Positions 54,326-64,000 of a stretch of 64,000 nucleotides of DNA are shown in pieces. The notes under the pieces were generated by a model. It ran no database searches, had not been told where the DNA came from, and saw only the letters and a list, made by a program, of their open reading frames with translations. Position numbers and translations under genes: made by a program. The stretch is from assembly GCA_032718475.1 (NCBI GenBank), contig JAUCBJ010005018.1:1-64000 (forward strand), read 5' to 3'. The stretch is from Nemertoderma westbladi. Its lineage: Eukaryota; Animalia; Xenacoelomorpha. Each line of letters begins with the position of its first letter. The stretch's first letter is position 1.

Positions 54326-55588
54326 TGTAAAAGCTTTTGCGGATATACTCAGTCCCCCTCGCCCGCAAGGTACCGTTATAGGTGTTTTAACGGACATAAA
54401 AGTCATTCTTCTATATACGTGCTTTGGAGGACATGGTAAGGCAAAAAACCCGCAATGCACCAAATACCCTTGCACAGCTTAGCCTTGATGATTCAGATTA
54501 CGACATCTAACAGCTGGTTGCTGACATGGAAACGGCCATTGGACACATGGTTCTTTGTTTGCTTAACAGCCAATCAGAGCGATTTTTTCTGTCGATGTGG
54601 AGCTTTTTGGCAGATCATGCTAGGAGTGTTCAGTCTTACTGTTTTTTCTTGATACTGTTGTGTTGTTGCTATCTAGGCCAGGAACACCGGCTCTAGAGTC
54701 AATTCGTTTTCATACTTTAGAAGAAACATTAGTAGGCTTAAGATTATAGAGCGTATAACTGTTAACAGTCCAGTCTATGTCATATATCACATATCATTAC
54801 TTGTCATATCATATCTTAACCTACCGTCTTAATGTTTTCGCTGTTGTCATATTTTGTATCAGTTGGTTGAATCCTATTTGGAGAACATTTATAAAGAACC
54901 CAAATTTCCCAATTTTCTTGATACACTACAGGTTAGAGAGACGGGTTATATATAGCGATTGCGACTTATATTGTTGTGGTTTGTAGTGAATTTAATGCTA
55001 TTTGATAAGCACTACATGAGTCCGTTGCTGTTCTCTTTATATATGATAAAATTCATTGACGGTCGGCAAATTAGTGAGCAGTATTGTGTGTTACCGGTAG
55101 TGTGCATGATTGTGGCTGATAACTAAGCATTTCCTAAAGAATGCGCCTCATACGTGAATCATAAGCCTTACCGACTTACCGTTGTGATTAGTATAAGTGA
55201 TATCTCTGTTTACCTAGATAGAGCGCCACGTCCTAAAGGAACTGTTAATATTTCCCGAAAGTGAATAATATTAGTCAGAAATTATTTATTAACGATCAAT
55301 CGAATAATACAGTAAGCTTACACTGCAATAATAATCTAAGCCCTCAGAATCCAGTCTCCCGGGTATATCCAGCGGGTGAATGGACGCGCACTAGGCTGGC
55401 TTCTGCTAATGTTGTGTTTATTGGTATTAAATATTTGTCAACTTCTAAAGTCTATTTATAAACCATAAGACATATAAATTTTGGCAGGTTAAACTGCTAA
55501 AGGTCTTCAAAAGCGCGTACAATAACAGTTATTGTCTTTATTGCAGTAAGCAATAAAGTTGAAAGTACCGGTCGACCGGTAAACCTGA

Positions 55589-55714
55589 ACCGGTACTTCT
55601 GTAGGTCAGTAGGCCCAACTGCCAGAACCGGTACTGCTGTAGGTCCGTAGGTCCAACTGCCAGAACCGGTACTTCTGTAGGTCCATAGGCCCAACTGTCC
55701 TAACCGGTACTTCC
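55589..55714. repeat. 38-bp tandem repeat, about 3.3 copies, in the retrotransposon LTR/leader
   Basis: AACCGGTACTTCTGTAGGTCAGTAGGCCCAACTGCCAG with variants. Confidence 0.9.
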
Positions 55715-55889
55715 AGTATAAGTACATTAGTATTATTCGATTTGATTATTGTATACCGGTAGGTCTTAGTATTTAATCAGGGACTGCAGCCCTGGTTTTT
55801 TATTGAGATTTTACTTATTTCTGTCAGTTTTATTTCCTAGTAAGTTAATATTGAGCTGAAGACGTATAAGTCTGCTCAGATTGTTCAGA

Positions 55890-56430
55890 TAATTGTAGGC
55901 CAGACTGTTGTCGGATTGTTGTTGGGTTTGGAGAGATTGTGGCGTGTGTAGAGTTTGTCCGATAGAGTGCCAGTTAGTAAGTTGGGGCAGCCATAGCTGT
56001 AAGGTCAATCCCCTCTTAAAGAATAAGTCGTACTACCGTGTTAGAACGCATACTAACTAACCATTTTGGAATCTGCACATACTGTAGTTTATTTAGGCTT
56101 GACAGTATTCTGCCAGCGTTTTGGCCTGTGTTTGTTTGTGTGGTCTGTTCAGGTACCGTAATAGTTATTGCTCCGATATTTTGTAGGCTGGATTGTTGTC
56201 TAGCTACTATTAGGTCTGAAGAGATTGCTGCGTGTGTAGAGTTTGTCTGATAAAGTGCCAGTTAGTAAGTTGGGGCAGCCATAGCTGTAAGGTCAATCCC
56301 CTCTTAAAGAATAAGTCGTACTACCGTGTTAGAACGCATACTAACTAACCATTTCGGAATCTACACGTACGGTAGTTTATTTAGGCTTGGTGGTAGTCTG
56401 CCAGCGTTTGGTTTGTATTTTGTTTGAGTA
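55890..56430. repeat. About 288-bp tandem duplication in the retrotransposon LTR/leader
   Basis: GAGATTG..GCGTGTGTAGAGTTTGTC...GCCATAGCTGTAAGGTCAATCCCCTCTTAAAGAATAAGTCGTACTACCGTGTTAGAACGCATACTAACTAACC starts at 55933 and again at 56221. Confidence 0.9.
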
Positions 56431-57402
56431 TTCTGTACGGGTAGCGTAATATTTATTATTCAGAGTTTATGCGATTATTCGCAACATTCATGTCCCCAAG
56501 TTTATTCCTACAGTAATTGTGTTTGTTACACATACCGTTATAGTTAAATTAACCCCGGTACTACACGGGCTGCTTGGCGTAGGAAAAGACTGGTGACTTT
56601 GTGCTTCGGTCACTCCAGCAGATGCCGTGGTTCTTTTAACTGTTCAAGTATATTTAACTACTGATTATTTGTTGTACCAGTACTTGTACCTAATTCAGGG
56701 TTTAGTGTACAGTGCTTTCCGAAAGTAATTAGTGTGTGGGCAGTATATTTGTGTTGTAAAGTGGTTAATAGGCACGTTGGATCTGGTAGTCCGCGGTAAT
56801 TAACTTCCAGGTAGGAACACTCCGTGATACATAACGTAGTACCTATAGCGATACGGCTATAGGTCGTCAGGCGGTGGTATTTTCTTATCTGGACAGTGCA
56901 ATATATTTACTACTACTTATTATTTTCAAATACCGTAGTACCCTGTCCGTTGTAATAAACAGAATTCTAACCCTTTGTTAGACTGGTTTGTAGACTTCCT
57001 GTAAAATTACCCTAAAATTTCGTACGTAATATTTTTGTTGTGTTTAATTAGAGAATTAATCTCACCCGTATCGTAAGTAATTTGTAGTATTAAGTAACTT
57101 AGGTAAATTAGAATTATCTGTTTTAGTGTCCCATAAGTAGCACTCCACTGAGAGCGCACAGCTTCTGTGTAGTGACTTCCCCCAGAAATAATAACATTTA
57201 TTTCAAGTATTGACAAAACCCATTTTAAACAGGTATATAAATATTATAAATCAACTCAAACGATTTATAAATAGTAGGCCTGCCATACAACAACTAGGTC
57301 TCAATATCAGTTGGACTACTGCTTAAATAACGGTAATAAAGTAAGTTAAAGTAACCAAGTAACCCTAAAATATTCAGAAATTCAATTATTCTAAAATAAT
57401 TG

Positions 57403-57680
57403 ACATACCGGTATTTACCATAGGCTTATTATATTTATTTCTATAAATTTGGGCTGAAATCATACCGGTACTCTGTAATTAATTCTAGTTCATAATTATA
57501 CTTATATATACTATAAGTGCAAGCTGTATACCGGTATTCACGATAGGCCTATTATATATTTATATATATTTGTGCTAAATTTATATACCGGTACTCTGTG
57601 ACAAAACTAGTTTACAATACTTATATATATTATAAGTGTATACCGGTATTCTAATATACTGCAATAAATTACCGGTACTA
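57403..57680. repeat. About 120-bp tandem duplication with six TACCGGTA palindromes just upstream of gag
   Basis: TACCGGTA occurs at about 57406, 57464, 57529, 57586, 57641 and 57670, with the intervening sequence repeated. Confidence 0.8.
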
Positions 57681-57757
57681 GGCCAACGGTCATACTGAAT
57701 TACTAGACTTGCTTTAACTGTAACTATAGCAGTAAGCATTCAACTGTATAGCTAAAC

Positions 57758-60700
57758 ATGTCTGACACCCAGCAAAACCTGTCAGACAGTCTAATCGATA
57801 CAACCATCTGTGACACAGATAGGAGTGTGGAGCGATTAAGAAAGGAGTTCAGCTCACCTCCTACTGAAAGAAAGGTCATCCCTCCAGTAGTAGTATCAGA
57901 CCCTAAGCTAATCCAACACCGTAGGTCTATCATTGGCACTCGGGCCTAAGTCAAGCGGAACCAGGAAGCAGCTGTCCAACAGCAGCAACATCCTAGTCAA
58001 GAAACTTGTTCCCAGCGATCAGATAGCTCCAGTAGTTCGGATACTGTAGAGCTGACCCCCGAACGCGGATTGCAGATGGCGGCTACAGCCTACTCGGACC
58101 CCCTTCTCACCCTTCCTGCCGCAGTACTAACTACTATATTGATTGCGGTGGAAGAACATCAAGCCGATTGGGCGAGAAGTATGAGCGCGACCCAAGATAA
58201 TTATGCGGGATACGCCAGGGAAGAATTGATGTCTGTTGTCGAGTCACAATGGAACTTTCCCGGACCCGGACTCCCGTTAGATTTGTCCGAGGCTACTTGG
58301 GAAGATATACACAGGATGGGAGTGGCTAAAGATACGATGGATCCAGCTGTTTGGAAGAGGTCGGCAGCAGGATATGTGCAGGGATTCTTCGGCTCCTTAG
58401 AGCGATTGGAAGAACAATTGTTTCGACAACCCCAAGGACCTCAAGAGCAGGAAGAGCTGCTTTATCAAGTACGTGAAAGAACCCTACGCATTAGACTAAT
58501 CCTATCAGCCTTTGAGGAAACTTCCAAAAGAAGACAGGACATGTCGCTGCAGGTTGCTGTCAAAACTTGGTTCCAGCGGGTAGGTCTCAAAGTACAAGAA
58601 ATGGACCAGTGGAAATCCCAGCTGTCTGAGAGACTAACCTATGAAGAACCAACCGATGCCACCCTTTCTCAAGTGGAAGGCGAAGAGACCGCAGAGAGAC
58701 CACGAACGAGAGACGCCATCGACATTTATCTGTCCGACTATCAGCGTTTCCTAGGAGACGAACAGTTGAGGAGACGGCTGTCTGGACTTTCCCCTAATAG
58801 TGAAGGAACCCAGCGTGTGTTAGACTCAATCGATGCTGAAATGTTAGCTGCAAACCAAGCTAAATTTGATGAAAAACTTCGCCTCGCTAGAGTCCAGGAA
58901 GAAGAAGTAAAGAAAAGACGGATAGAGGAACAAAAGGCGGCGGCCATGACAGAAGCAGAAGTAGAAAGAAAGGCAGCGGCGGCAGAAGCAGAAGCAGAAA
59001 GAAAGGCAGCGGCAGCAGAAAGAAAAGCAGCAAAGGCAGTGGCAGAAGCAGAACGGAGAGCCTCTGAGGAGACTACCCAACTGGAGTTGGAGAATCTGCA
59101 AGAGACGCAAGACAACATAAATAAACAGTTAACTGCTAGTCACATGCAGATGATGAGAAGATCTACTCCCAAACGCCAGGGATATACGTCATCGGAGGAA
59201 AGCGAAACCACCGATCCTGAAGGCGGAGGAAATAGATCTCGTCTCAGCAGGCGTAGAAAAACATCTTACCGTCACAAATTGCCTGATTTGCCCCCAGCTG
59301 TGAGAAGACAACTAGCTAGCACAGACTTAAGTAGAATAGAACCTACAGACCAAATTATTAAGGTCAAAAAACTCCCTACTATAGTTGATGAGCCTGAAAT
59401 AATTAGGCCTGTCGTTCCCAAAGTCACTCCTGTGCTAGAGACCCCTGTACTTCCAGAGCTTAACTCTAAGTTCCCTTTACACAGTACTACACTGCCTGTA
59501 CCCGGTAGAACAGTCCATGAGAATATCCCTGTCCCGGAAGCTGAGAGAGAAATCAAAGATTTGTCTCCCGTCGTCCCGCGTCAGCCCGCTACAATGTTGG
59601 CGACTCCCGCTTCGGCAGTAGAGTGGGTAGAGGAGGGACGGCGGGGGATGAATCTCCTGCTCGGACAGATGCAGGAGACTGTCCACCAACTTAAGGGAAC
59701 AGTAAGGGAAGGTAGGGCCGAATTGCAAGAAGTGCAGCAAAGTATCGCGCTAGAACGCGACAAATTAGTCAATATCCAAAAAGGGATACCAATACCCCCT
59801 GTAAAATTGTGTCAACCTGTTAGGTCTGAAGTATTACATGCGCAAGGTGTGGAGCCTACACGCATCTATACTGCTAGTGAAGTAGAAACTCCTATAGCAA
59901 ACCCTATTAAGGGTGATTATAGACCTGTTGTTAATGATATTCCTTATAGACCTGATAATGATCCGAGAAATTTATATACCGATAATTCGATATTAAATAA
60001 CACGATGGCCCAAGAAAGCTTTACGCGTCAGATGGCTAGAACAGAAGCCCGCCAAGCGGTCAAAGTGGGAGAGATCGTCAAATTCAATGGAGATGAGATG
60101 AAATGGTTACCTTTCAACGAATATTACAAAGACAGCATACAGAACTCTGTGCTGTCTAACGGAGAGAAACTTAAGTTCCTCATCAAGTGCTTGGAAGGAC
60201 CTCCCAAGTTAATGGCGTTAAAGTTTATTGGACATCCAGAAGGATTAAGACAAGTTTGGGATACATTAAACATCAGGTATGGTAACAAGGATAACATAGC
60301 TAAGTATTTGTATGCAAAATTAGTAGCCCCCCAAAACTTCCTTAGTAGCGGGATTATAGAGTTTTCCGATGAGATTCAGGAGATCTGTAGACAATTGGAC
60401 TGGTTAGGTAAGTCTCATGAATATCAGAGTTCCATGGTTATTGGAGCCGTAGTCTCTACTTTACCAAAGGGTGGAGTATGTACACGCTGGGACAAGAAAG
60501 TGTTGTACATGAATGAACAACAACGACGAAGCCCTACCATGGCTGATCTCATGTCCTTCTTAGATGGTGAGGTAAAACTACAACTCATCAAGCAGTCCAG
60601 AGAGAAAACATCGGAAAATAAGGTAAGTGAGAAACCCGCTTCTAGGAGAAGAGTAACACCGGTGTGTTACACTGACGACGGCGAAAGCCAAGCTTCTCAA

Positions 60701-63700
60701 GAAGAAGACAGTGGGAAAGACACTGACCGATCTTACTACGTTAGCAAAACCCCAAAGGACGTAAGTAAATACAAGTCTCGAACCAACGATAGGAGAGAAC
60801 AGGTTGCCAAGACCCCTCCTCAGTCCCCTAACAGAATGCACGTAAGAAAGCCCGAACAAAGAACGAGAGTGCATCAGGTTACCCAAGGTAAAGTGAGTAA
60901 CATAAAACCTAACTGTGCGCTGTGCGACGGTACCCACCGTTTGAGTGCGTGTGCTGAATTTCTAAAGAAATCCCTTGTAGACAGACGTGCAGTCGTATGG
61001 GATAAGCGGTTATGCTATAATTGCCTCAGACCAGGACACCAACGGCGAACCTGTTACTCCGACATAAAGTGTGCAAAGTGTAGCGCGAAACATCACATCT
61101 TATTACACAGTGAGTTCGACCGAGACAACCCGAGCCAGGTAAGTGAGCCCGAACTACATGTCCAATTCAGTGATGTAAACGACACTGATCAAGAATCTGA
61201 GATGGAAGGATTCTATACTGACGAATTCTCCGACGCCAACGAATCCTGTTATCTAATCAATACCGCAGTGTATCGAGCACTTACTTATGAAAAGGACACC
61301 AACAATGAGTTTCCCCTAACTACTTTTGCCAGACCACCATCTTGGAAAGCTCCAACTTCCAACGTAGGAATCAGAGAATTTCCTGTAGTGCAGGTAAGAG
61401 TTCACGGCCCTAACAAAAGTTACATAGTGAACGCACTCCTTGACTCCGGCAGCACAGGAACATTCATCGATCAAGAACTAGCCGAAGATATCTTTGCTGG
61501 ACAACCCAAATTCCGGACTAAATTGAATATGTCAGAAATTATGCAGGTTTGGAAATCTACCCTAACGGCAGATTACTATGTAGGTGTGTTGTCCACCCCC
61601 CAGGATAAATTAGGAGCACAAGGTATAAGGTCGGTAAAAATGGTGGCTATAAAGAACTTCGCTACTACTCAAGCAGACCTTTATAATTGGGACGAGGATG
61701 AGAGCATCCAACATCTTGAGATACCTCGATTCCAGACAGATTATCCTGGAGTGCAAATCCTCATCGGCCAGAACGCGCATGAGGCGCTCGAGACATTGGA
61801 GAAACGGCCTGCTCAACCACAGCCACTGCAAACCTATGCGGTAAGAACTAGAGTAGGTTGGTACTTTACTGGCCCTTCCCGCAGGACTCTCGAAGAGAGA
61901 ATGCCACAAGAACAAATATACCAAGTAAACGATTGGGAAGTGGAGAGCAGTGAGGTGGACGAACTAACTGAGGGAACACCATACTCCTCAGATAATGACG
62001 ACATCTACCAACTCTTCGATGAAGAGAACACAATCGACCTACTTACAGAAAACCAAACTTGGAAAAATCAGGTGAACCTATGTCAACTGATTCGCCCATC
62101 GGAACCCATTGCTTACAATGACGAACTAAACGATGAGATAGAGCGCTACAACGCTAAAACTCGGGACGAACTAGCCGTACGATTCTTTACTCAAGAACTG
62201 GTAGAGCCCAATTCATACGATAAGGCTCTATCGATAGAAGAAGAAAGAGCCAAGCAAATCCAGGAAACAACTACACGTTTTTTAAAGGACCAAGGTAGAT
62301 ATGAAATCGGCCTACCATTTCGAAAACGAGAACCTATATTTATAAATAACAGACCCTTGGCAGAGAAAAGAATCGCTCAATTACATCGACGCCTTACAGC
62401 TAATGCTTCAGCTAAAGAAATGTACCAAACTCAGCTGAAGAAATTTATAACAAAGGGATACGCGGAGCGAGTACCGGAAGGAACACCAGTGACTGAGAGA
62501 ACGTATTACTTAACACATCATTACGTTCCCAAACCCGGTAAACCCCACGAAGTACGAGTCGTATTCGATGGCTCCGCTCTATATATGGGCCAATCCCTCA
62601 ATTCCGAGTTGTTACCAGGACCCAACTTACTCCAATCTTTGTTGGGAATACTTTTAAGATTAAGACAATATTCCATCGCGTTCGCCTCCGATATAGAAGG
62701 AATGTTCTTACAAGTCAAGGCGCTGGATAGAGATAGAGACAGCCTGAGATTTCTGTGGTGGCCTGAAGGAGACCTCAATCAGAAACCGGTAGAGTACTGG
62801 ATGACCATCCAGGCTTTTGGGATCATATCTAGTCCTTCCAACGCCTGCTCCGTGGTGCGAACCACTGCGAATGACAACCGAGACGCCTTCTCAAAAGAGG
62901 TGATAGACAACATCAAACGGAATATATACATGGACGACAATTTAAGGTCCCTTCCATCAGTAGAAGAAGCCATAGATGTCGCGAAAGGAACGGTAGAGTG
63001 TTTGAAAAGAGGTGGATTTCGACTGACGAAATTCACTAGCAACTCCCGTGAGTTTCTGGAAGCCATACCGGTAGAAGACCGAGGAACGAAAGACCTAGAC
63101 TTAATAAAGGACGATCTTCCTGAAACCAAGACGCTTGGCTTGAAGTGGGACACTGAAAGAGACATCCTGTTTTTTCAGTTAAAACAGCGAGATAATCCAG
63201 TTCGGACCAAACGGATTTGTTTAAGTATCCTGAGCACTTATTTCGACCCATTGGGATTTATAAGCCCAGTTATATTGATTGCTCGGAGTTTAGTACAACA
63301 AATGTGGCTTGAAAACCACTCATGGGACGATCCGCTTAAGGGAGAATTGTTAAAGAAATGGATGAAAAGGGAAGATTCTCTACCCGCCATCGAGAACTTT
63401 ATAATTTCCCGTGCATATTTTGGCCATGTTCTTCCTACGTATTCCTATCAACTCCATGTGTTTGGAGACGCCAGCGACATGGGAATAGGTATAGTAGCAT
63501 ATCTGCGAGTCGAAACCCCGGATGGAATCAAAGTCGCCTTGGTTACCTCTAAGGCATTGATTAACAACAAGTTAAAGGTTCCTCGAGCGGAGTTAAAGGC
63601 GGCTTTATACGCTACAGCCATCGGCCGGAACGTAACGGAACAAATCGACTATCCACTGGAGAAAACGGTTTATTGGACCGACGCTTTACTCGTGTTGGAG

Positions 63701-64000
63701 TATCTAACCAATGAAGTCTGTCAGTTCAGCGTTTTGTTACTAACAGGGTAGCTATTATTCTTAGTCGCACAAAGATAGATCAATGGAGACATTGCCCTGG
63801 TACGATTAATCCAGCCGATATCGCCTCCAGGGGAGCAACTCCACAGGAACTGATAGATACTCCAGATTGGTTGGGTGGACCCGACTTCCTGAGCAAGGAA
63901 GAGGATGAATGGCCCCCTCACCTTACTACGGCGGAGATTAGACAAGCAAAGGGAGCGGAGACAGTCAAACCTAAAACCCGGGCGAGTAAATCGAAGTTAT
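57758..64000 (+). pseudogene. BEL/Pao gag-pol polyprotein (coiled coil, Gag, three Zn knuckles, aspartic protease, RT, RNase H) with one in-frame stop and one frameshift
   Basis: Gag motif KFNGDEMKWLPF (about 60080). Knuckles CALCDGTHRLSAC, CYNCLRPGHQRRTC and CAKCSAKHHILLH (60914-61107). Protease ALLDSGSTGTFI (about 61433). RT VRVVFDGS, GPNLLQSL, DIEGMFLQV, LRFLW, YMDD (62927). RNase H LHVFGDAS, PRAEL, YWTD. After a -1 shift at about 63733 it continues FVTNRV...QWRHCPGTINPADIASRG...WLGGPDFL. An in-frame TAA lies at 57947-57949. Confidence 0.95.

Larger units (their letters stand above)
54326..64000 (+). mobile_element. BEL/Pao LTR retrotransposon, 3' part beyond the window
   Basis: The minisatellite stops mid-unit at TGTAAAAG (54326), a candidate LTR start. 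About 3.4 kb of LTR plus leader with internal tandem repeats follows, then the gag-pol frame. The 5' boundary is inferred; the LTR end and primer-binding site were not resolved. Confidence 0.75.

Noticed and set aside
52039-54482. PHTPNHLGNNGCLGP repeat ORFs
   Set aside because: Minisatellite with frequent frame-breaking 46-bp units.
58741-63945. Short antisense and alternate-frame ORFs over the polyprotein
   Set aside because: Shadow ORFs of the gag-pol coding sequence with no recognisable motifs.

Overview
AT-rich eukaryotic (animal-like, probably invertebrate) genomic DNA; nothing prokaryotic. There is one host gene: a divergent rhodopsin-family (class A) 7TM receptor. It is encoded by two coding exons (7464-8018 and 48086-48895, about 454 aa) joined across a phase-0 GT-AG intron of 40,067 bp. 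About 60% of that intron is four unrelated tandem arrays: (CCCCA)n, a 24-bp array, a 19-kb array mixing 35-bp and 47-bp units, and a 38-bp array. The rest of the intron and the upstream region hold decayed retroelements (L2-like tails, a CRE-like endonuclease relic, two related non-LTR relics with a shared C-terminal Cys/His domain, a tRNA-derived SINE) and Helitron/Helentron-like pieces. Downstream of the gene lie a TTAA-flanked piggyBac-like non-autonomous element (49518-51077), a 45/46-bp minisatellite, and a BEL/Pao LTR retrotransposon that apparently inserted into that minisatellite. Its gag-pol frame is broken by one in-frame stop and one 1-bp frameshift, and it runs off the window end. 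I found no convincing new multi-gene system. The best leads are the atypical receptor and the structure and origin of the 19-kb two-unit array. All calls were made by eye; copy numbers are estimates.
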